A stretch of DNA of 64,000 bases from Daphnia carinata (Eukaryota). Both the position numbers and the translations under genes were made by a program. The notes under the pieces are model-generated. The model searched no databases, was not told where the DNA came from, and was given only the letters and a program-made list of their open reading frames with translations. The DNA is taken from NCBI RefSeq assembly GCF_022539665.2, contig NC_081331.1:8122001-8186000 (forward strand), in the 5' to 3' direction. Below are positions 36,091 to 46,789 of this stretch, piece by piece. Numbering within the stretch: position 1 is the first letter of the stretch; each line of letters begins with the position of its first letter.

Positions 36091-39000
36091 ATGGATTCCC
36101 AAAACGTAAGTTAATATTAACCGGAATTTACCTTTTCAATATATTTTTCCATTTGAATTCCCGATTCCTTTTTTTACAATCGCCTCTTTAAGTTCGGCTT
36201 TTTCAGTTATTCCATTCCGTCGTCGCAAAATTTTTTTTCTCGCAATTGGAGCTTTTTTTTGCAGGGTATTTATTTTCCTTGTCCAAGTTTATACTTTCTT
36301 ATAGACATTTTTTCTAACGCTAACTTTTTGAGCTTACCGTTATGAGTAACAATGAAATTTTACCGAGCTCTCGAACAAAGAGGCGTCGGATTCAGAAAGA
36401 TTTACAACAACTTCGTTTAAGTTTAGTTAATGTTGAGGATATTGAAGTAGTAAGGGAGTCGTCGGACGAAGAGCGTTTTCCAAACGGCAATAATGGCATA
36501 GATTTTACTGAGGAAGAACACGCTGAAAATCTTTTCAGTGGTTTCGACGACGAGGTGTTAGCTTCTACTGAAGACGCATTTTCTATCGATAGCGATGTTT
36601 TTCCGGTTTCTTCTGAATCTGAATCTGAATCGACAGTTGACAGGGACGATGGTGCACAACCTGATGAAAGTGATTACGATGAGGAACACAACGGGTCGCA
36701 TAATTTACGCCATTTGCTTGCTTTATGGGCAGTTACATGGGGGGTTCATCAAAACGCAATTGATGCATTGCTAGCCATACTCCGTTTATTTCAATGGGGA
36801 TTAGATTTACCAAAAACCTGCCGAACCCTTCTGAAAACGCCTCGCAATGTCGACGTAAAATCACTTTCTCCCGGCAAGTATTACCACCATGGAATTTTAA
36901 AAGGTCTGGAATCAGTTTTAAACGTTATGCCGGCTTGTAGTGCTCTTGATCACGTCGACATTTTTGTTAATATTGATGGTCTCCCCATTTCCAAAAGCAG
37001 CGGTGGACAGTTTTGGCCAATTTTAGGGATCATCACCAATGCTAAATCTAGAAAAGTATTTCTTATTGGACTTTACCATGGTGATGCCAAACCTGATTCC
37101 ACAGAAGAATACCTTACAGACTTTATTTTGGAAGCTAAGGCTTTAAGTGAAAGTGGTTTTATTTTTCATGGCCGGCGCTTATCATTCAGAATATCCGCAT
37201 TCATATGCGACGCGCCTGCGCGTTCGTTCATTTTGAATACTAAAGGCCACACAGGTTATTTCGGTTGTGGGAGATGTATCCAACAAGGGGAATTTGAAGG
37301 TAGGGTAGTTTTCTTGGAAAGAAATTCGACTCTAAGAACTGATTACTCCTTTAGAAACCGCATTTATGAGGAGCATCACCATGGTGATAGTATTCTTGAG
37401 AACTTAGATTACCTTGATATGGCGAGGGATTTCCCAGGTGATCCAATGCACTTAATTGATTTAGGGGTGACGAGAAAGCTTTTATTGACGTGGATTAGAG
37501 GTCCACTCCCAAGAAGACTTCACAAAAGTTTAATAGACTCCATAAGCTCCCGCCTGGAAACTTTAAGCAAATTTATTCCAAGAGAATTCGCACGGCGTAC
37601 GAGATCATTGAAGTTTGTTGATCGCTTCAAGGCTACAGAATTTGGATTATTTAATAGCTGTGTTGGTCCTGTGGTTCTTTTGGGGATTTTGCCCAATCGA
37701 TTGTATAATAACTTTATCGTTTTTCATGTTGCAGTGCGAATTCTGTCATCATTCGCGTATTGCATAACGCACAATGATTATGCAAGGGAATTATTAGATT
37801 TATTTGTTAGGGAGTGTGAATCAATTTATGGCACATACTTCTTGTCCTTCAATGTCCATTCTTTGATTCACACTTGTGATGATGTTTTGCGTTTTGGTGC
37901 TTTGCCAAACTATTCAGCCTACGCTTTCGAAAATTATCTTTTTTCTTTAAAGAATCTTTTGCGCAAGTCCAATCAGGCATTGCAACAGGTAGTTAAACGT
38001 ATTCTGGAAATAGGACAATTCCAGAATGCGTGTTACAATGCAAAATCATCTAAAACTGGACGTTTTTTTAAACAACATGATAGTGGTCCTTTAATTCCCC
38101 ACCTCGTATTTTCCAAGCAATTTAAGGAAATGCAATTGGGTCCCTGGTTTCTAAGTTGTAAGGGACCTGATCATTGTGTTTATCTTGATTCTTCTATTGT
38201 TTTGGTCGAAAACATCATTCGCGGCAAGAATGGTGATTTCATTATTGGCAGGCGTTTTCAAGTAAAACGTTCACTCTTCTCTTATCCTCTACCGTCGTCG
38301 TCGTACGAAATATATACGGTGGGAGCTATATCAGAATTACTTGAAGCGTGGCCAGTGGCTGAAATTAAATGCAAGGCGGTCATGTTGCCAACTTTTTCGG
38401 GAAACAGTTGCGCAATGGACGGTACGTTTTCGGTTTTTCCTCTTTTGATGGAGGCACACACTTAGGGAGTGAAGCAATTGGGGTGAAGGGGGGAGTAATG
38501 AACTTTATTCTGATTTTACTTTTCTTTTATTTAGTCTAAACTTTTTTATTTTTCCCTTTTTATTGCGCAATACTCTCTAATTAGACCGGTGTAACGATAC
38601 ACATCCACTAGGAGTAGAATAAATGTACGATGTTGCAAAAAATAGGGGTGGTGCTATAAGCTGGTGAGCTACACCGTCTTTTTTTGTTTTGTTTTTTATT
38701 GTGGAATAGCACCATTTCTTATTATTGGAAGGGCCGGACGACGATCCATGGGTGCAATCAGTTCCTATTTCATGGTACGACAATGGATTCTGCTGGTGGC
38801 CTCCTAAGTCCAAGTCTAAGGATGTGTCCCGCTTTATAAACTTAGGCTACGAACCTAACAAGAAAACTTGGGAGTCTTATCCAGCTAGGGTCAGGAAAAC
38901 CTACGGTATTTTTTTATATTTTTTATCTCTACTTTTCGTTAATTTTGATAAAAATTAGCAACATATGCTGAAGCTAGAAGACATGAAAATAAAGTAGTAC

Positions 39001-40309
39001 AAAATGAGGACATCGCAATAACAGAAGATGAAATGGACAGGAGAATCAGGAGAACTAGGAAGATCAAACTCCCGTTCGACATCAGTGTTTCCCCTCCCCC
39101 TTCGAAGGGCAAACAGTTGAAGTCAAGATATAGGGAAATTGTGTCTTCTTCGGATGACGACAGTTGTCCTATTCCTCCAGTTCCTCCACGTAAAATAATT
39201 TTAAGTAGGTTTATTAATCTTTACTTTCAATCAATTCTGCGTTAATTCAATGTATTATTTTTTTTAGATAGATTGAGCGTTGCTGGAAGCCCGGCCAATA
39301 AAAGTGGGAATGGTGGGAATGCACTACCAACGTGCTCCGAGCTTATGCTTCCCCATTCAAATCCCGATGCGCAATCAGATGATAGTATTGACCATTATTC
39401 ACCTGCAGGTAATATTTCGTTTGATTTATAGTAATTTTATTAATAACAACTATTAATAATACACTGTTTTCCTTTTCAAATGAAAGGCACATCCAAGTCC
39501 ATTACATGTACAGCTCCACCTGTTTCTGTAGTTCCAATAAGAAGCTCCACTACGACTAAAAGGAGTAGCTTTGTCGAGATCAGAAATGGAGGTAAGCTTT
39601 AAAGTTTAGATTTTTATTAATTTCATTTATATATTTTTAATATACTTTTAGAATCCCGCGACGAGTTTCTTCAGCGTGGCATTATAACCATTGGCCATGG
39701 CACACGCGACAACAACGCCATCAGTGCAGCTTTACTGGAACGTCTCGATCGTATTGAGACTGCGTTTGTCGCCATGAGAAAGTCAGATGGAGATGCCAAC
39801 GAGGATTTCATGCAAATGCTGCCCCTCAACTCTATGGATGATTTTTACATATTCAACGACGATTTGAAAAGCAAATCAATGTCACAACGTTTGGTAATTT
39901 TTTTTAAATTATTAAAATTTGAATTAAATTAAACTTCAGGTGTTGTCTGTTTGTTTGTTTTTTAAATGTTTTCTAGAAAACACACCTGATCGCAATAGGG
40001 GGAAACACCCCAAGAACAATTGTTAGATCGATCGCCCGGCGGCTTATGACCAACGAACTAGGCAAATCTTTCAGCTGGTTTGGACATCGTAATAACAAAA
40101 AGCTAGCCGATACCAACATCGGAAAAGTGATAATTGGTATTTATTTTAAATATTCATGTTATCCGTTTCATTCGTTTATAATACGTATTGATCTTTCAGC
40201 TGCATCGGTACGTAACACGCCATTGATTACAGAGGCAGATGTTAAATCAGCCATGATTGACATGCTGCGACACTGTAAAGACAAACCTCGCACGGTCCCT
40301 GTCCTATGA
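36091..40309 (+). CDS. Second transposon gene (DUF4806-like C-terminus), multi-exon; the transposase lies in its predicted first intron
   Basis: Predicted micro-exon ATGGATTCCCAAAAC|GTAAGT (36091-36105) joins in phase 0 to 38710 (HHFLLLEGPDDDPWVQSVPISWYDNGFCWWPP...). Later exons give LPLNSMDDF, IGGNTPRTIVRSIARRLMTNELGKSFSWFG and MLRHCKDK, with a stop at 40309. Confidence 0.7.
36342..38465 (+). CDS. CACTA/EnSpm (Mirage-like) transposase, 707 aa, intact single exon
   Basis: LPKTCRTLLKTP, NIDGLPISKSS..FWPILG, CDAPARSF..TKGHTGYFGCGRC, DPMHLIDLGV, RFKATEF, FNVHSLIH and SAYAFENYL, all typical of animal CMC transposases. Confidence 0.9.
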   Translation: MSNNEILPSSRTKRRRIQKDLQQLRLSLVNVEDIEVVRESSDEERFPNGNNGIDFTEEEHAENLFSGFDDEVLASTEDAFSIDSDVFPVSSESESESTVDRDDGAQPDESDYDEEHNGSHNLRHLLALWAVTWGVHQNAIDALLAILRLFQWGLDLPKTCRTLLKTPRNVDVKSLSPGKYYHHGILKGLESVLNVMPACSALDHVDIFVNIDGLPISKSSGGQFWPILGIITNAKSRKVFLIGLYHGDAKPDSTEEYLTDFILEAKALSESGFIFHGRRLSFRISAFICDAPARSFILNTKGHTGYFGCGRCIQQGEFEGRVVFLERNSTLRTDYSFRNRIYEEHHHGDSILENLDYLDMARDFPGDPMHLIDLGVTRKLLLTWIRGPLPRRLHKSLIDSISSRLETLSKFIPREFARRTRSLKFVDRFKATEFGLFNSCVGPVVLLGILPNRLYNNFIVFHVAVRILSSFAYCITHNDYARELLDLFVRECESIYGTYFLSFNVHSLIHTCDDVLRFGALPNYSAYAFENYLFSLKNLLRKSNQALQQVVKRILEIGQFQNACYNAKSSKTGRFFKQHDSGPLIPHLVFSKQFKEMQLGPWFLSCKGPDHCVYLDSSIVLVENIIRGKNGDFIIGRRFQVKRSLFSYPLPSSSYEIYTVGAISELLEAWPVAEIKCKAVMLPTFSGNSCAMDGTFSVFPLLMEAHT

Positions 40310-40867
40310 GTCCCATCATCATTCCATTCATCATCCATTCACAAAGAAAAAAATTGTTTTTTTTTTTATGTTTCTCGTCTATATTCACAGTCAGTCACAG
40401 TCACACAGATACAGTCAGCCCGAATAATGTTGAAGCAATGTTTTGTTTTTGTTTTTGTAGTCAGACAAATGATTTCTTTATGAATCTGTTTTCCTTTTTT
40501 TGTTTTTGATCTGCATATGGTTGTGCAACACAAGGTTTCTCATGTTCATTAATCTGGTCATGTTTCAATACAAAGATCAAAAAATAACAACAGTCTTTTC
40601 TATTTCACGATTTTATTTTATTAATCAATAAAACGAATGAATATGCAGATATCCCTTACATGTCCAAATTATAGCCGTAAGAAGTCCGGTCAGATATCCT
40701 TCGGATGTCTGACGGCGCTGTTTTGGGCGGTCAAAACCAACAAAAAAACATCCGTCGGACATCCAAATCGGATTTCGGGCTGTCCGACGGATGTCAACAG
40801 GATGTACCTTATATCCGACCTCAACATCTAGCGGACATCCCACGGCCAGACTTGTGCTATGTGGGTA

Positions 40868-41540
40868 GACAGCTAACGAAGGCAGAAGCTAAATACAGTA
40901 CGACTGAAAAAGAGGCACTTGCGGTTATCGATGCGATTAAGCATTTTCGACATTACCTTTTAGACCAACCTTTTGAGATCATAAGTGATCATCGTCCACT
41001 TCAATGGCTTAAAAATCAGAAAGATAACAATGGGAGATTAGGAAGATGGGCTATCCTGTTGGCCGCAACGAATTATGAATTAAAATACAGACCGGGACGT
41101 ATTCATCAAAACGCGGATTGCTTGTCACGCTTAAAAATAGCTAGTATCCAAACCGAACGTAATATTAAATTAATTTGTGAAAGACAATTAGAAGACGACC
41201 TTTGCATAGTCATTCGAAATTATTTAGATAACGGTGAACTTGAAGAAGAATTTCTCCAATCGAAACCAGATTGGGTAAAAGAAATCGAGTATTTTGAAGT
41301 TATTGACGGTACGCTTTACCGGCACGTGCTGCCATCTTCTGATAACAAAGGAAACGAAACTCACCATCAGTTGGTCTTACCTACATCGTTACGTCATCTA
41401 GTGCTCAAAGAACTACATGATGCACCGATGAGTGGACATTTAGCCTTTTATAAAACCTATTTGAAAGTAAAGAATCATTATTATTGGCCAAATATGAGGA
41501 AAGACATAAAAAAATATTGTCAGGCTTGTGAGGTGTGCAT
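40868..41540 (+). CDS. pol: Pol part 2: remainder of RNase H and the integrase H2C2 zinc-binding domain
   Basis: TTEKEALAV, SDHRPLQWL, RLGRWA, NADCLSR and LHDAPMSGH...YWPNM...CQACEVC. Confidence 0.9.
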
Positions 41541-41745
41541 AATAATATTATTTAAAAAAAAATAAAACATTAATTTTATTTTTTGTTTATTTTTTCCTTT
41601 TATTAGAAAGACGTCGAGTCATGAAACTGATTCTATAACACTATATTCACAGTTTTTTTTTTTTTTTTTTTCTTTTTTTTCAGCTTGTAGCTCTAAACGT
41701 GGAATAGTGAGACTTTTAGAGACGATGAGGATAAACACCCTCCTC
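41541..41745. other. About 200-bp AT-rich insertion disrupting integrase
   Basis: A/T homopolymer-rich segment with stops between CQACEVC and (NY)RALLHPHEIAKAPFQVIGMDF. Boundaries approximate; no TSD recognised. Confidence 0.65.
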
Positions 41746-43061
41746 ATTCATCAAATTACAGAGCGTTATTGCATCCTCATGAAATTGCAAAGGCCCCTTT
41801 TCAAGTTATAGGCATGGATTTTCTAGGCCCTATCACACCAGTTTCGCCCAATGGAAACAGTTACATTTTAGTTATCACAGATTATTTTAGCCGATGGGTG
41901 GAAGCTGTTGCTTTAAAGGATCAGACTGCGCAGACAACAGCAGAATGTGTGTACAAAACAATAATAGTTAGACACGGTATGCCTAAAGCTATTGTTTCTG
42001 ATAGAGGTACTAATTTCACATCGAAATTGTTCAGATCCTTTTGTAAAAAGTTCAACATTGAACAACGCTTAACAACTTCTTATAATCCAGCTAGTATCGG
42101 CAAAACTGAAAGGTTCAATAGAACATTAACAACAATGTTGAGGAAAGAATTGAAAGACGGCGAGCACGCAAATTGGGAAGATTTACTGGATGATGTGTTG
42201 TTTGCTTATCGTAGTTCTGTCCATTCTTCTACACTGGACACCCCTTATTACTTATTACACGGTAGAGACCCCAATTTACCCATCAATGAATTTCTTGACG
42301 CGTCCCCAAAAACATTTATATCCGCATCGGATTACGTAGGTAACTTAGCCGAACGCTTGCGCTATAGTTTCCAACGCGTCCGTGAGGAGAGCGAAAAAGC
42401 CAGAAAACGTCAAAGGGAGCAATATAATAAAAGGGCGAATGTAAAACAATATTTGGTAGGAGATAGAGTCTTATTAGATATTAGAGTTGTAAAAGAGGGC
42501 GATAGTAGGAAATTTACTTCCAAATATAAAGGCCCTTATAGAATTGTAAAAGTATATTCCAATAATACTGTCGACATAGCCGACAATTCATATATATGTA
42601 TACGTACGCACGTTAACCGTTTAAAGCCCCTATATGAAACGATGTTATGGAAGGATGAACATTGTCCCCCTATCGAGTCGCCTTCAATATTCGAGAATCG
42701 ATTCCGTAAATCGATCTCGACCCAAACAATGGGAAGTGAGGAACAACTAGAACAAGAAACAAGTGAAGTAGAAAATGTGGAACCGGAAAAAGGACATCCA
42801 GATAGCGTAGATGTGGAGAATATGGAATCCGAAACAGTGGAAATTCAAAACATGGTGTCGGACACCGTGGAGTTAGCGACAACGAGGCTGGGAATTGACC
42901 ATCACCTCAATCTCACACCAATTGCCGAAGATTATTCCAATGATAATCATGAAACGCAGCAAACAGCGCCGGATGTCGTTCCGTCAGCAACAACGACACC
43001 ACAAAACGCAACCGGACGCCCGCAAAGGAATAGACAATTGCCAATGCGTTTCAGATATTAA
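41746..43061 (+). CDS. pol: Pol part 3: integrase catalytic core, GPY/F module and acidic tail
   Basis: IGMDFLGP, ITDYFSRW, IVSDRGTNF, TERFNRTL and KYKGPYRIV. Confidence 0.92.
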
Positions 43062-43235
43062 ATCTGATAACTCATCCGCATGCAAGTCTGCTGATCGCGT
43101 CTCAGAGAAAAAAAAACAAACTCGAAAGTATATAACAGTGAGTAGATCGAAAAGAGCCACATCTTTCCGACAACTCGTTATAGTCACAACTCTAACAAGA
43201 TTTATCTCCACACCGCAAAGCATCATCAAAGTAAG

Positions 43236-43658
43236 ATGGAAAACCAAACTAGCGTTCAACACGAACAAGACACCGTCGAAGGGACTGGTGACGACGTGCA
43301 AGCTAACGAAGTGGTGACAACAACGGAGCCCACTACTGACTTGTCCTGGGAGCCAGTGGCAGAAAACACGGTCGAGGGGGTCAACCCAACACCTCATTCC
43401 CCAGACCAGACTAGCCAAGACTCTTGGGATCAGGCCCATCGCAATTACGAGCGACGTCTCGACGAGAAAACCAACATACTCACCACAAGACTTAACGCCG
43501 ACCTCTTCGCTGAAGATTGGGCCAGCGCAGTTTACACCTTGAAAAGAATTCTGGACTTAGATCCAGCTAAACGCCACCCACCACTATACAACTGGCCATC
43601 AGAGCTGTGGAACACAGCTAACAAAAGGCCAAGGCGCGATTGGTACGACCAATTGTAA
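43236..43658 (+). CDS. Accessory 140-aa ORF between pol and env, function unknown
   Basis: Clean ATG-to-TAA ORF with an acidic N-half and a Trp-rich C-half. Confidence 0.55.
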   Translation: MENQTSVQHEQDTVEGTGDDVQANEVVTTTEPTTDLSWEPVAENTVEGVNPTPHSPDQTSQDSWDQAHRNYERRLDEKTNILTTRLNADLFAEDWASAVYTLKRILDLDPAKRHPPLYNWPSELWNTANKRPRRDWYDQL

Positions 43659-44419
43659 GGCGGAAGAAAGAAAAAAAAAAGAAGCGGAAGAAAACTTCTG
43701 TTTTTCCCTAATACCGTAGTCAATATGTTTGTTCCATATAAATAAAATAAGGTTATATGCCAAAAGAAATCATAAACCGTAAAGGGAAACCCACTACCTT
43801 ACCTAGGGTTGCGTATAGACAGAAAAACGAATAAGTCTATACTACATGCATAACTTGACCGTCTGTCAAGGTATCCAAATAAACCAATCCACACCATATA
43901 TATAAAAAACTAAAATTTTTCTGTCACTCGCCACACGTTATCCACGTCAGACTTCCTTACGGCAAATGACACAAGTTGCCGAAAATGCATTCTCGCATTT
44001 TCCATTTCCCTTATTCCTATTCTTTCTCTCTCTCGCGCCAGGTAGAGTTTTACCTTCTATCCCTTCCTTCTTTTTTCGTAGACAATATACTCCCCTTTTC
44101 TTCCTTATACGCGTTACTATTGCCTACGTTTTGCCACAGGACAAGTAACATGTCTCGTTCTCAACACAATATGTCTGGAGCATATGGCCTTGTTTCAAGC
44201 CCTGAGGGATAATTTCCATTTCTTCTCATATATCACATTCTTTATCTCTGTCTCTCCCTTCCATTCTCTTTCTTTCTTTCTTTCTCACTAAGTTGGACTT
44301 AGAAAAAAACTTAACTTTCGCATTTTTCTGTTTCATCATATATATTTGCTAAATTTATATGAACGCCTTCATGTAGCTTAATATATCAACTACTTCGCAA
44401 TTGATGAGTTATATAGTCA

Positions 44420-44485
44420 AACTGGGGATTCGAACCTCAGAACCTTTGGCGTCACAGCTGAGAGCGCTACCATTGAGCTATTAGC
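44420..44485 (-). other. tRNA-derived A-box/B-box sequence in the retroelement non-coding spacer
   Basis: Minus strand TAGCTCAATGG (44480-44470) ... GGTTCGAATCC (44436-44426). Confidence 0.6.
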
Positions 44486-45061
44486 TAATATTTTACACCT
44501 GGCGTAAAAGATTGGGTAACATACCGATTGTTCCCGTTAACTGCATTTTTCTTTGTGTGCCGTAGTATACTTTTTTCATTTATGCGCTATCCCGACCGCA
44601 TTGTTAGAACTTAGGAAAAAATTCGAACACTGCGCGTGACCTTTCACGGCAAAAACTTTTTCCGCCGTAAACTTTTAAACGTTTTCTTCTCGTCCTCCCC
44701 GCTAACCTATATTATATTTTATTGTTTTCTCTTTTCGATAATTAAGCATATCTTCTCCTCTTTCCAACGATACTAGTTATTATGATGGATAAAATTTTCT
44801 TCCCCCCGAAAACACAGTTATATTCCAGTGCCCTATATTTTTCTTCCCTTTTGCCGTAGCTAACTAGGAAAAGCCGACGGAAAAATAAGTTAACCTTTCA
44901 AAAGCCGTAGACTATTTTTCATTTTCGTTTTCTTACTACTTTTCTTCTCGTGTTTGCTTCCATTTTATAACACCCACATGATAAAGTTATATATGTTTGT
45001 CAGTTACATTGTTCCCTTTTATTCTTGTATGTTTTTTCTATATATTCTTCCGTATTTAGAA

Positions 45062-46756
45062 ATGTCTCTATTTCCATTTCTGCTGCTATTGTGCCTTCAC
45101 GGATTACACTCGCGAGCATTTGAAACAACCGTGTGCGATTGTTCGGAGCCGTCGAAAATGGGAATTATTCAATTCTCCGACGCGAATTGTCAGCCGAAAT
45201 CTACCAAAAATCGTGCCATCAGTGTAAAATATGCCGTATATAGTGAAGAACGAGCTGTGACCAAGTTTCCTGGATATATTTGTGCGCGCTGGAAAAATAT
45301 AAGACGTATTACAATGAATTTTTTCGGACAAACAGTGATCGTGCCAGATAAAATTTCCATCGATACAACACCTACCGAGTGCAACGAAATGATTAACAAT
45401 AAAAGGTGCGACAATCAACGAATGACTTTTTCGGATGGAAAATTTGTGTTCGATGATGAACCCGATATTTCTGGATATTGGTTGCAAACAATCGATTCCG
45501 AAATATTAAACTGTGTTCTCGATAAAATTCAACTTTTCCAGCAAAAGGAGAATGCGGATTTTTCAACACCTATCGGAACTGCTTCTGCTGCATCAGGAAA
45601 TTTGTCACATAATCATTTAACTCTGATTTGGGACAAAACCTACACACAGAAAACTAAAGCAATTACCCGGCTTGTCGAAGAAGGTATCGGCAAGTTGATA
45701 CAATTACCTGGGGAAAAACAAATTTTCCGACTTCAAGACGACCGAAATCAACTAGACTTTCATTTGTTGCCGTCATCGCGTTGTTTTTCAGTGCAGAAAA
45801 ATTGCTCCAATAAGACTTCTTCCTTTGAAATCCTTGGCCAATCACAACTCTTTGTCACAACGGCGGCCATCATGAAAAATTCAACAACATCGGAGCCTCC
45901 GGCGCCATCTAGCGCTGAAGATTTAAACATCCCGGCGAATATTCAATATATTCGAGATCAACTGACCGATCATGAAAACGAATTGGAAAGCCAAATTCAA
46001 TTATTACAGTGCGATGGTCGCAAAGCCAAACATGAAAGAGCCGTTACAACCGCTCAATATAATGGATGGTTAGCAGCCTCACAACTACAATTACCCAAGT
46101 GCACAAAATTACAAGCTTTCGGTAAAACGGCTGTACTGATCCAGTGTAAAGCCTTAAATGTCACATTCGATACTGTTTTGACTTCTTGCGGACCGCAACC
46201 AAAATTTCAAAATTATACAATTAACCTCGATGGCTGGGAACTTGTAAAATATTCCCCTTGCTATTGGACAAATGGATTTGTAAACTTTAACGATAAGCCT
46301 TATGCTTTCCGCAACAACACCTGGCAGCTGATTGAAGCCACAATTGTGCTGCCTGAGCAGACGCTCGCACACTCTTTTCGCTACGAAAACGTCGAGTTTT
46401 TCGATTACGTGCATCAAAGTAATCCGGCATATACCGACAACATGCTTAATCACATGAATATCATGGCTGATATAGCTGCCGCGATCAACGAACACCCGCC
46501 AGCGGAATATACCTTACGTCAAAGACCTAGTGCGACGAACATTTTTGTAACAGCTTCTAGTATCGGAAGCTATACATCTTGGTGGGAGACCATCAAGACA
46601 TATTTCTTCATCGGCATATTATGCCTTTTAGTGCTTCTTTTCTTACGCATTTGCTATAGTTGCGGCCTTTTCACCGTCATTTGGGTCGTATGCTGCCGTC
46701 CCACCTACAAATCACGGCAACCAGCTTCCGAATCCATCCCCATGCATGCAGTTTGA
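45062..46756 (+). CDS. env: Envelope-like type I membrane glycoprotein (564 aa), probably a class III fusogen
   Basis: Signal peptide MSLFPFLLLLCLHGLHSRA, Cys-rich ectodomain (CDC, GYICARW..FFG, EC..M....C, GYWL...NC), N-glycosylation sequons, C-terminal TM segment FFIGILCLLVLLFL. A pyrimidine tract and AG lie directly upstream of the ATG. Confidence 0.85.
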   Translation: MSLFPFLLLLCLHGLHSRAFETTVCDCSEPSKMGIIQFSDANCQPKSTKNRAISVKYAVYSEERAVTKFPGYICARWKNIRRITMNFFGQTVIVPDKISIDTTPTECNEMINNKRCDNQRMTFSDGKFVFDDEPDISGYWLQTIDSEILNCVLDKIQLFQQKENADFSTPIGTASAASGNLSHNHLTLIWDKTYTQKTKAITRLVEEGIGKLIQLPGEKQIFRLQDDRNQLDFHLLPSSRCFSVQKNCSNKTSSFEILGQSQLFVTTAAIMKNSTTSEPPAPSSAEDLNIPANIQYIRDQLTDHENELESQIQLLQCDGRKAKHERAVTTAQYNGWLAASQLQLPKCTKLQAFGKTAVLIQCKALNVTFDTVLTSCGPQPKFQNYTINLDGWELVKYSPCYWTNGFVNFNDKPYAFRNNTWQLIEATIVLPEQTLAHSFRYENVEFFDYVHQSNPAYTDNMLNHMNIMADIAAAINEHPPAEYTLRQRPSATNIFVTASSIGSYTSWWETIKTYFFIGILCLLVLLFLRICYSCGLFTVIWVVCCRPTYKSRQPASESIPMHAV

Positions 46757-46789
46757 TTACGGGACGTAATCTCACGCCGCCGGGAGCGA

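Larger units (their letters stand above)
33899..40865 (+). mobile_element. Putatively autonomous CACTA/EnSpm(CMC)-superfamily DNA transposon (6967 bp) carrying a host claudin gene
   Basis: Perfect 13-bp TIRs CCCACATAGCACA (33899-33911) / TGTGCTATGTGGG (40853-40865) and a TA duplication (33897-33898 / 40866-40867). Removing the element and one TA restores pol HPIAYSS-RQLTKAEAKYSTTEKEALA. Subterminal GGATGTCC repeats at both ends. Confidence 0.95.

Noticed and set aside
40705..40867. N-terminus of the 286-aa ORF and C-terminus of the 643-aa pol ORF
   Set aside because: Both are read-through into the CACTA termini, not genuine Pol sequence.
44954..45061. 36-aa N-terminal extension of env in the ORF track
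   Set aside because: Non-ATG start in pyrimidine-rich, intron-like sequence. The ATG at 45062 gives a proper signal peptide.
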